Part shown: piece by piece, positions 37,278 to 44,860 of the stretch
Layout of the letters: each line of letters opens with the position of its first letter
How positions within the stretch are numbered: position 1 is the first letter of the stretch
Source: Elusimicrobiota bacterium
Lineage (GTDB): Bacteria > Elusimicrobiota > Elusimicrobia > UBA1565 > UBA9628
DNA length: 64,000 bases
Direction: 5' to 3'
NCBI GenBank assembly: GCA_016194705.1
Contig: JACQAZ010000001.1
Location: 20,019 to 84,018, forward strand
The notes under the pieces: model-generated
Told to the model about the DNA's origin: nothing
Databases searched by the model: none
Seen by the model: the letters and a program-made list of their open reading frames with translations, nothing else
Position numbers and translations under genes: made by a program

Positions 37278-37646
37278 TTGACGGCGGCGACCCTTCCTTG
37301 CTACTCTTTGGTCGTGGAACCGGCCCGGGAAGCCGCCGCCCTGAGGCTTTGGCAGGCGGCGCGCTTTTTGCCTCAGAGCGTCCGCCTATTGGGGACCCGT
37401 TATCGGTCCTTGTTCGTCGCTTACGCCCAGCAATGCTCCCCCCAAGGCGACTCGCTGGCCGTGGCCGACGCCTTGGCCTTCGTCGAGTTCATGTTCCTGC
37501 AAAACCGGGTGGGGCTGCTCGATCCCGAGCAAAGGGCGCTGAGAAGCGACCAGAAGGCGCTGCGCCGGCGCTACCGGCTGCGGCGGCGCGGCGACGCGGT
37601 CTCGGTCGTGGAAAAATGGAAGGTACTCCAATGGTTGAGCTTCTGA
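37278..37646 (+). CDS. Small hypothetical protein, SCO6045-like helical domain
   Basis: LPQSVRLLGTRYRSLFVAYA...P.G....DALAF pattern. Start codon uncertain. Confidence 0.5.
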   Translation: MTAATLPCYSLVVEPAREAAALRLWQAARFLPQSVRLLGTRYRSLFVAYAQQCSPQGDSLAVADALAFVEFMFLQNRVGLLDPEQRALRSDQKALRRRYRLRRRGDAVSVVEKWKVLQWLSF

Positions 37647-38347
37647 AGAAGGGAAAGAAGACGGTCCCGCATCACACGGGAGTCGGGCGCGGCGAGTACC
37701 GCTCCGAGGCCCTGTTGGGCTTCGTGCGCGAGGCTCTCGGCGGGGAGGATCCGGCCTTCAAGAGAATCCGCGAGGAGACCCCGAAAAAGGGCCTGCCGCC
37801 GATCAGCATCGGACCGGACGAGGGCCAGCTGCTCTCCATCCTCGTGCAAGCCTGCGGCGCCAAGAAGGCCGTCGAGGTCGGCACCTTGGCCGGCTACTCC
37901 GCCTGCTGGATCGCCGCCGCCCTGCCTGACGACGGCGTCCTGCACACGATCGAGTTCGATCCCAAGCACGCGGCGGTCGCGCGCGACAACATCAAGGCCG
38001 CGGGCCTCGCCAGCAAGGTCACCGTCCATGTAGGCCCAGGCTCCGAGATCCTGCCGACTCTCGACGGCGAGGGACCCTACGATCTTTGCTTCATCGACGC
38101 CGACAAGGTCAACTACCCGGTCTACCTGCGCTGGGCCGTCGAGAACGTCCGCTCCGGCGGCCTCGTGGTCGGCGACAACGCCTACCTCTTCGGCAAGGTC
38201 CACTTGAAGCCCGCCGAGGCCGGCGAGGACGCCCCCGGCGTGCCCGCGATGCGCGCCTTCCTCAAGTGCCTGGCCGACCGGCGCTACTTCACCTCGTGCG
38301 CGATGATCCCGACCGGGGAGGGAATGGCGGTCGCTGTTCGTCGGTGA
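37631..38347 (+). CDS. O-methyltransferase (caffeoyl-CoA/COMT-like, Methyltransf_3)
   Basis: EVGTLAGYS, FIDADK, GGLVVGDN. Confidence 0.9.
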   Translation: MVELLKKGKKTVPHHTGVGRGEYRSEALLGFVREALGGEDPAFKRIREETPKKGLPPISIGPDEGQLLSILVQACGAKKAVEVGTLAGYSACWIAAALPDDGVLHTIEFDPKHAAVARDNIKAAGLASKVTVHVGPGSEILPTLDGEGPYDLCFIDADKVNYPVYLRWAVENVRSGGLVVGDNAYLFGKVHLKPAEAGEDAPGVPAMRAFLKCLADRRYFTSCAMIPTGEGMAVAVRR

Positions 38348-38628
38348 GAAAATCCGGCGCGGCCGTCCTCGAAGAGGAAACGACCTCGCACGGAGGGACC
38401 GAGTCCGGCTGGAGGACGCTCCTCTTCAACTGCGAGTGCCACAGCTTCGACCAAGTGGAGAGCCAGTTGTTGAAAGCGATCCGCTGCTCCCTTTCCAGGG
38501 CGCGCGCCATCTCTTGGGAGGTCCACACGAAAGGCTCGGCCGTGGTCTATGAAGGAGCGCGCGAGCGCGCGGAGGCCGTCGCCGCCGTGCTCGGCGACAT
38601 CGGGCTCATCGTCAAGGTCGCGCAATAG
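38344..38628 (+). CDS. clpS: ATP-dependent Clp protease adaptor ClpS (atypical NCECH motif)
   Basis: GTGA start/stop overlap; WRTLLFNCECHSFDQV...A..I.WEVHTKGSAVVYEG..ERAE...L...GL. Confidence 0.75.
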   Translation: MRKSGAAVLEEETTSHGGTESGWRTLLFNCECHSFDQVESQLLKAIRCSLSRARAISWEVHTKGSAVVYEGARERAEAVAAVLGDIGLIVKVAQ

Positions 38629-38632
38629 CGCC

Positions 38633-39003
38633 CCAAGTTCCCCCGGTTTTGTCGTTTACCTCCACCGGTGGAGGTAACCATCATGGAAGTGTCGGCAGCA
38701 CCAAGATGATTTGGTCTGCCGTTGTTGTTGGAGCTCTCGCCGAAGGCGAGAGCCGCCCGCCGCAGGCGCCGGTTTATGGGCTGCCGCCCCGCGGTCGGGC
38801 CCTCGCGCGCTCGAAAGGTCCGGGTCCGCCGCCACAGCCGCTGCGCAGGGACAGATCACCAATTTGATTTTCAGAATTCCCCTATAGGGTTTTGGGACAA
38901 TAAACTGCGTCAGGCCTTTGTCCCAAAACCCTCCTCGGGATTCCTAAAATACGGCGCGGAGCTTCCTCCCGCGGCCGCCGGGTTTGGGGCCGGGGGAACT
39001 TGG
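38633..39003. mobile_element. MITE-like element with 14-bp perfect TIRs, flanking direct repeat and internal palindromes
   Basis: CCAAGTTCCCCCGG at 38633-38646 and CCGGGGGAACTTGG at 38990-39003; CAATAGCGCC on both sides (38623-38632 and 39005-39014). Confidence 0.75.
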
Positions 39004-39015
39004 ACAATAGCGCCC

Positions 39016-39044
39016 TTGACTCGCGGCGTTACACCTGCTACATT
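39016..39044 (+). promoter_or_regulatory. Leaderless promoter TTGACT-17-TACATT
   Basis: ATG 39051 lies 6 nt after the -10 box; no SD. Confidence 0.65.
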
Positions 39045-39050
39045 TCGAGC

Positions 39051-40538
39051 ATGAACGCCGAATCACTATGGCTCATCCGAGGGCGACAAGCCCTCGCCCT
39101 TCTCCTCTGCTTCTCGCTTAGCTCGTGCGCCACGCTGGCCGTCACCCCGGAGCTCAAGCCGGCGCCGCCCGCTCGGGCCGTCGCGGGCAAACTCGGCATC
39201 CAATACGAGGGGGAGCAGCTCAAGCGCGTTTTCGCGGCCGCCGACCGCTCCGCGATCGGCGCGGCGTCCGGCCAGTTTTTCTCCGACGTGACCGTGCTCC
39301 CTCCCGAGAGCCGCTACGCGGCTCCCCAGGACCTCTTCGACCAATACGGCACGGACCTCATCCTCCAGGCCCAGGTCGCCGACACCGTGAGCAACGGGGC
39401 CGTCAATGCGCTGTTCGCGAGCTGCTTCCTGCTGATGTGGTTCTGCATCGCGACCGTGCCCCAGATGACCATGACCGACGACGTCACCCTGCAGGGGAAC
39501 CTGCGCGACTCCCGTACGGGACGGCTGCTGTGGGCCGGAACCGTCAAGTCCCGGGGCACCGATCACTTCACGCCGATGGGCTCCTCGGGCATCCAGCCGC
39601 TGCTGGTCCAGCGGGTCGTGCACAACGCCGTCATCGAGCTCATGCAGACCGCCGCGGGGCAGGTCTCCGGCTACCGCCCGGAGTCGGTCAAGGAGGAGAG
39701 CCTGCAGGCGGCCGTGCGCAAGGCGCCCGGCCTGGCCAACCTCCATCTCCTGCATCCGGCCGCCAAGTCCAAGAACCGCTACGCCATCGTCATCGGCATC
39801 GACCGCTACCGCGAGCATCTGCCCAAGGCGGACTTCGCGGCCGACGACGCCAGAGACGTCGCCAAGTTCCTCATCGAGCGCGCGGGCTACCCGGAGGAGA
39901 ACGTGGTGGTCAGGCTCAACGAGGAAGCGAGCAAGGGCGACATGGAAAAGTACTTCGAGTCCTGGGCGAAGAACAACGTCGACGCGAGCTCGAGCCTGCT
40001 CGTCTACTACTCCGGCCACGGCTCGCCCGACGTCAACAACGGCGACGCCTACATCGTCCCTTACGACGGCGATCCGGCCTACATCGAGCAGACCGGCTAC
40101 CCGCTCAAGAAGCTCTACAGAGTCCTCGACGGCCTGCCGAGCAAGAACACCTTGGTCCTGCTCGACTCCTGCTTCTCGGGAGCCGGCGGCCGCTCGGTGC
40201 TCATGGCGGGCGCCAGGCCCCTGGTCAACGTCAAGCCCGTCTCGGTCTCGGACCAAGGAAAGACCGTGGTCTTGTCTGCGACCTCCGGCAACCACATCAG
40301 CGTGGCCTACCGCGAGACCGGACACGGCCTCTTCACCCATTATCTGCTCCAGGGGCTCTCCGGCGAGGCCGACGCCAACGGCGACAACGCCGTCGACGTC
40401 CAGGAGCTATACGAATACCTCAGGCCTCAGGTGGAGCGCGTGGCGCGCAAGGTCTACAACACCGAGCAGGTGCCGCAGCTCATCGAGCCCGCGGCGATGC
40501 TCGGCTCGCCTCCGATCAGGATCGTCGTGTCGCAGTGA
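39051..40538 (+). CDS. Lipoprotein with C-terminal caspase-like (peptidase C14) domain
   Basis: Lipobox SLSSC; YAIVIGIDRY, YYSGHG (His), LDSCFSG (Cys), HGLFTHYLLQGL, EQVPQ. Confidence 0.88.
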   Translation: MNAESLWLIRGRQALALLLCFSLSSCATLAVTPELKPAPPARAVAGKLGIQYEGEQLKRVFAAADRSAIGAASGQFFSDVTVLPPESRYAAPQDLFDQYGTDLILQAQVADTVSNGAVNALFASCFLLMWFCIATVPQMTMTDDVTLQGNLRDSRTGRLLWAGTVKSRGTDHFTPMGSSGIQPLLVQRVVHNAVIELMQTAAGQVSGYRPESVKEESLQAAVRKAPGLANLHLLHPAAKSKNRYAIVIGIDRYREHLPKADFAADDARDVAKFLIERAGYPEENVVVRLNEEASKGDMEKYFESWAKNNVDASSSLLVYYSGHGSPDVNNGDAYIVPYDGDPAYIEQTGYPLKKLYRVLDGLPSKNTLVLLDSCFSGAGGRSVLMAGARPLVNVKPVSVSDQGKTVVLSATSGNHISVAYRETGHGLFTHYLLQGLSGEADANGDNAVDVQELYEYLRPQVERVARKVYNTEQVPQLIEPAAMLGSPPIRIVVSQ

Positions 40539-40545
40539 CGCGCCG

Positions 40546-41262
40546 CTAGTAGGACGCCCAAAGCCGGCCCTCGAAGTCCGAGTGCGTGCAGTCCACGAAC
40601 ACGATACCCCAGCACGGGCTCTTCGGGTCCTTGACATAGCCCCAATGCCCGGTGTCCTTGAGGTTGACGAAGTTGATGTTGGCGTTGGTGACCCCGCGGC
40701 AGGCCTCGCCGCCGTAAGACTCCACTTCCGTCGAGACCGGATGCGGGACCAGGCGGCGGCCGTAGTCGGAGCGCGAAGACCAAGCGGCGGGGATCGCCGC
40801 CGGCCCGTCGAGCCGGTCGGGAAAGGCGCCCGCGTGACCCGCGCGGTATCTCTGCACGGCCGCGCGCAGGCCTCCAAGACTCGAGCCCAGCGTCTCGCTC
40901 ATGTCCCCGCCCACCATCCGGTTGAGGAAGACTCCGCTGAGCAGACGCGAGAGCAGCACCCAGACCAGCGCGAAGAACAAGCGGGTCGCCCAGCGGCTGA
41001 ACTCGGGCGGCGGGGCCAGGCGGCCGAGCCGCCCGAGCCAGGGAGGGCCCGCCGCGGCGTCGATGTCCGGCGAGGAGACCGCGCCGATGAGCAGCTGCGC
41101 CTGCGCCAGGCCGAGCGCCGCGGCCGCGGCGCCGGCCAGGACCTCGATGGCGCGCGCATCGGGCAGAAACCGCGCCAGAATCCACAAGACGCAGAGCAGG
41201 AGTCCGAAAAACAGCGCCGGGCTCAAGATCAGCTTCGCTCGTGCGAGCAGCGGTGGCGCCAC
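40546..41262 (-). CDS. Membrane protein with C-terminal pilin/pseudopilin-like globular domain
   Basis: Three TM segments, then SLGGLRAAVQRY...G.FP..LD ... DTGHWGY ... VFVDCTHSD..G..W.SY. Confidence 0.6.
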   Translation of the reverse strand: MAPPLLARAKLILSPALFFGLLLCVLWILARFLPDARAIEVLAGAAAAALGLAQAQLLIGAVSSPDIDAAAGPPWLGRLGRLAPPPEFSRWATRLFFALVWVLLSRLLSGVFLNRMVGGDMSETLGSSLGGLRAAVQRYRAGHAGAFPDRLDGPAAIPAAWSSRSDYGRRLVPHPVSTEVESYGGEACRGVTNANINFVNLKDTGHWGYVKDPKSPCWGIVFVDCTHSDFEGRLWASY

Positions 41263-41315
41263 GGCGTGACACTACCACTATTTGCGGCCCCCGTCAATTC
41301 TTGCTAAATTAGGGC

Positions 41316-42329
41316 ATGACCGCGACCAAACCCTCGGCCGCGCCCCGCATGCGCTACCGTCCGCTCGGACGCACGGGCCTGGAGGTTTCCGAGATCGGCT
41401 TCGGCGGCTGGGGCATCGGCAAGTCGATGTGGGGCCGCACCGACGACGCCGAGTCCATGCGCGCCCTGCACGCGGCCCTGGACTGCGGCATCACCTATTT
41501 CGACACGGCCTTCGCCTACGGGCACGGCCATTCCGAGCGGCTGATCGCGCGGCTGCGCAAGGAATCCTCCGCGCAGTTCACCGTATCGACCAAGATCCCT
41601 CCGCGCAACATGGAATGGCCGGCGCGCTCGAGCACGGCGCTGGCGCTCGCCTTCCCGCCGGATTGGATCCGCCTCTGCGTCGAGCGCTCGCTGCGCAACC
41701 TATCGACGGACTGCCTGACTCTCTATCAATTCCACGTCTGGACGGACTCCTGGCTCAAGGATCCCCTGTGGCCCGCGGTCGTGGAGACCTTCGCGGCGCT
41801 TAAGAAGCAAGGCAAGATCCGCCACGCCGGAGCCTCGATCGGGGACGACGATCCCGAGACCGCGCTGGGCCTGGTGCGCTCGGGCTTCGTCGACCAGATC
41901 CAGGTCCTCTTCAACATGTTCGAACAGCGGCCGCTCGACCGCCTCTTCCCGCTGTGCCGGGAGAAGGGCGTCGCCGTCGTGGTCCGCTGTCCTTTCGACG
42001 AGGGGGGGCTCACGGGAGCCTTGAGGCCCGACACCCGCTTCGAGCCGGAGGATTTCCGCAGCCACTATTTCGGAGGCGAGCGCCTCGCCGAGACCTGCCG
42101 CCGCGCGGACGCGCTCGAGACCCTCGTCGTGGGAAAGAAGGCGCGGACCCTGCCGGAGGCCGCTTTGAAGTTCTGCTTGAGCTTCGACGCGGTATCGACC
42201 GTCATCCCCGGCATGCGCAAGGTCTCTCACGTGAGCGCCAACGCGGCGGCCTCCGACGGGAATTACTTCGACGCGGGCGAGCTCGAGGCCGTCGCGGCTC
42301 ACCGCTGGGTGCGCAACTTCTATCAATAA
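41316..42329 (+). CDS. Aldo/keto reductase
   Basis: LGRTGLEVSEIGFG, FDTAFAYG, STK, SLRNL, LKKQGKIR, VIPGMRK. Confidence 0.92.
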   Translation: MTATKPSAAPRMRYRPLGRTGLEVSEIGFGGWGIGKSMWGRTDDAESMRALHAALDCGITYFDTAFAYGHGHSERLIARLRKESSAQFTVSTKIPPRNMEWPARSSTALALAFPPDWIRLCVERSLRNLSTDCLTLYQFHVWTDSWLKDPLWPAVVETFAALKKQGKIRHAGASIGDDDPETALGLVRSGFVDQIQVLFNMFEQRPLDRLFPLCREKGVAVVVRCPFDEGGLTGALRPDTRFEPEDFRSHYFGGERLAETCRRADALETLVVGKKARTLPEAALKFCLSFDAVSTVIPGMRKVSHVSANAAASDGNYFDAGELEAVAAHRWVRNFYQ

Positions 42330-42366
42330 GCCGACCCCGCGCCTCCTGCTGCTGCCGGCCCTCTGC

Positions 42367-42672
42367 ATGGCCCTCAACGGCTGCTTCCTCGCCGTGGTCG
42401 GGGCGGGCGCGGGAGAGGCGGGCTACGCCGCCACGCGCAAGGATCGCACCGCCGGCGAGGTCGTCTCGGACCAATGGATCTTCGCGAAAGTCAGATCGTC
42501 TCTCGACACGGACTCCAGGATCGTTTCAAGGAATATCACGGTCGAAGTCCGCAAGGGCGCAGTCACGCTGACGGGCACGGTGCCCGACGCCGCGCAGGGA
42601 AAGCTGGCCGGAGAGGTCGCGGCCGTGATCAACGGCGTGAAGTCCGTCCGGAACCGGCTCAAGACTCCCTAG
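42367..42672 (+). CDS. BON-domain lipoprotein (true start probably upstream)
   Basis: Lipobox LNGC; [16 protein letters not shown]...I.VEV..G.VTLTG.V....GVKSVRNRL. Confidence 0.8.
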   Translation: MALNGCFLAVVGAGAGEAGYAATRKDRTAGEVVSDQWIFAKVRSSLDTDSRIVSRNITVEVRKGAVTLTGTVPDAAQGKLAGEVAAVINGVKSVRNRLKTP

Positions 42673-43157
42673 GGGAGCTTCGAGAGGTCGCGCGTCTTGA
42701 GCACGCGCGCGGGAACGCCGGCGACCACGGCGCCCGCCGGCACGTCCTTCGTGACGACCGCCCCGGCCCCGATGATCGCGTGGCGTCCGATCTTGACGGG
42801 CAGCAAGGTCGCGTTCGAGCCGATCCGCACAAAATCCTCCACGGTCGTCGCGCGCATCTTGTACTCGCGGTTCGGCAGGGGAACGTCGTACTTGTCGTTG
42901 GTGAACATGACGGCGTGGCCCACGAAGCAGTCGGAGCCCACCGTCACGCCCTCGCAGAGGAAGCTGTGCGAACTGATCCGAGAGCGCGCTCCGACCTTGG
43001 CCCCCCGCTGGATCTCCACGAAGGGCCCGACGAAGGCGTCGGCTGCGACCTCGCACTCGTAGAGATTGGTGAAGTCCATGATCTTGGCCGTGGGATCGAT
43101 CTTGCAGGCGCGGCTCTTCTTAAGCGGCGACGGCGCCGAGGCCGGTGGGCGTTTCAC
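42669..43157 (-). CDS. Hexapeptide-repeat N-acetyltransferase (amino-sugar nucleotide acetylation type)
   Basis: [41 protein letters not shown]. Confidence 0.85.
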   Translation of the reverse strand: MKRPPASAPSPLKKSRACKIDPTAKIMDFTNLYECEVAADAFVGPFVEIQRGAKVGARSRISSHSFLCEGVTVGSDCFVGHAVMFTNDKYDVPLPNREYKMRATTVEDFVRIGSNATLLPVKIGRHAIIGAGAVVTKDVPAGAVVAGVPARVLKTRDLSKLP

Positions 43158-43174
43158 GGTTCCATTATATCCAT

Positions 43175-44791
43175 TCAGAGCCGCTTGGCGACGTAGAACC
43201 GCTCGAGGGGTTCCCCGCTGACGGCGAAAGGAAGGAAGCCGAAGACGCTCGAGTAGAATCCCGCGCGCCCGGCGGAAATCAGCCGCAAGGGCACGGCCTC
43301 GCCGATCTCGGCCGCCCGCACGTCTGCGATGCGCAGGTCCATCGGGATGCTCAGGATGTTCGTGTTATTGACCGGGACGATGAGGATGTCTCCCGCCCGC
43401 GCGGCCGCCCAGCCGCCGGCGCCGCGGTCCACCGCGACGGCGCCCGCCTTCTCCATGTAGTATTGGAATCCCCAATGCCCCGTGAACCAGACCCTCTTGC
43501 CGGCGGCGACGTAGCGGCGGGCCGCGTCGGCGGTGTCGCGCTGCGCCGCCGCATAGCGCGCGTCGACGGCCGCCAGAGTCAGCGACAGCGCCAGGATCGA
43601 AAGGAAGCTCCCCAAATAGAGCCTGCGCAGCGTCCGTTCGGACGCGGTCTCTTCGAGCAGGTGGGCCTGAAGGAGCGCCAGCGGGATCAAAAGGAAAAGG
43701 ACATAGCGCGTCACGATGCTCCAATAGAACAGGAGTTGCAGCCCGCCCACGATGAAGATCCACGCGAGAAGCAGGCGCCTCTCTTCGCCCCGCCTGGCCT
43801 CCGGCCGCAGGCACACGGCCACCGACAGTCCGGCGGCGGCGGCGAAGGCCGCTCCGAGCGCCCGGTCGAGGGCCGCGACCGCCTGGGTGTCGAAAACCGG
43901 CAGCAGGAGCGCGGCGGCCGCGCCGGCGGCGGCCAGCGCGGCCCAACGCCGCCCGTCCTTCAGGAGAAGGAATCCGCCGGGCAGCGTCGCCAAGCCGCAG
44001 CCGCCCGTAAAGCAGAGCAGCGCGCGCAGCCTCCCCGGGATATCCCCCGCGTGGAACGCGGCCCCGCGGTTGAGAAACCACAAGCCGGTCGCGGCGATGC
44101 CGCCCCAGGCGTCGCCCGCGAACTCCTTGCCCAAGAACAACAGAAGCGGACCGGCGGCGAGAGCTCCGTAAAGGATCACGCCCCGCCAGGGCTGCCGACG
44201 CCGGCGCGCGGCCAGCGCCGCCAGGAGGAGAAGAAAGATCCCGGTGATCTTGCTCAGAAGGGCGAGCATCATGAGCGCCGCCGAAGCCCGGATCCACGCG
44301 CTCCTGCCTTCGTCGAGCCCGCGCAACAGGAGGTAGAGCGAGGTCAGGCCGAACGCGGCCAGGAGCTTGTCCGGCATGATGTGCTGGATGTTGAGGAGGT
44401 AGGCCGGGCCGGCGAGAATCGTCAGCGTGGGCCAGAGAGGGCGCTTGAGCAAGCGGGCGGCCAGGCCGTAAAGGGCCAGCCCGGCCGCCAGGTCGAACGG
44501 CAGGAAGGCCAGGCGCGTGCGCCACTCCAGGCCGCGCGTGAGGCCGGCCGCGGCGGCCAATAGGTAAGGAAGGATGGTGGGATAGGCGTTGACTTCGGAC
44601 ATCGGCACCGCGCGCCCGTACCAGTTGTAGAGGAATGAGAGGGGATGCAGCGGATCGCGCGCGATGTGGCCGGCGATCGCCAGGTAGGCGGGCTCGTCGA
44701 TGTGGTAGGCTTTCCCCAGGAAAGGCAGGGCCGACAGCACGACGAACGCCGCGACGGCCGCGGGCTCGGAGAGGGTCCTTTGGGGTCGCAT
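43175..44791 (-). CDS. ArnT/PMT-like (GT-C) membrane glycosyltransferase
   Basis: TM, then HIDEP; multiple TMs, ALLSK, RYVL; periplasmic C-terminal domain (GHWGFQYY). Confidence 0.7.
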   Translation of the reverse strand: MRPQRTLSEPAAVAAFVVLSALPFLGKAYHIDEPAYLAIAGHIARDPLHPLSFLYNWYGRAVPMSEVNAYPTILPYLLAAAAGLTRGLEWRTRLAFLPFDLAAGLALYGLAARLLKRPLWPTLTILAGPAYLLNIQHIMPDKLLAAFGLTSLYLLLRGLDEGRSAWIRASAALMMLALLSKITGIFLLLLAALAARRRRQPWRGVILYGALAAGPLLLFLGKEFAGDAWGGIAATGLWFLNRGAAFHAGDIPGRLRALLCFTGGCGLATLPGGFLLLKDGRRWAALAAAGAAAALLLPVFDTQAVAALDRALGAAFAAAAGLSVAVCLRPEARRGEERRLLLAWIFIVGGLQLLFYWSIVTRYVLFLLIPLALLQAHLLEETASERTLRRLYLGSFLSILALSLTLAAVDARYAAAQRDTADAARRYVAAGKRVWFTGHWGFQYYMEKAGAVAVDRGAGGWAAARAGDILIVPVNNTNILSIPMDLRIADVRAAEIGEAVPLRLISAGRAGFYSSVFGFLPFAVSGEPLERFYVAKRL

Positions 44792-44860
44792 CGCCTTCGA
44801 TTATACATTGTGTCCCCCAGGACTTGAATATTTAATATTTTTCCACTACCTTTACGGCAT

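Noticed and set aside
37235-37630. N-terminal 132-aa extension of the O-methyltransferase in the ORF track
   Set aside because: It is Pro/Arg/Gly-rich shadow sequence overlapping a more plausible ORF (37278-37646); the methyltransferase domain begins near 37631.
38649-39054. Short ORFs 38649-38867, 38656-38862 and 38722-39054
   Set aside because: They lie inside the palindrome-rich MITE-like element and show atypical composition with no protein motifs.
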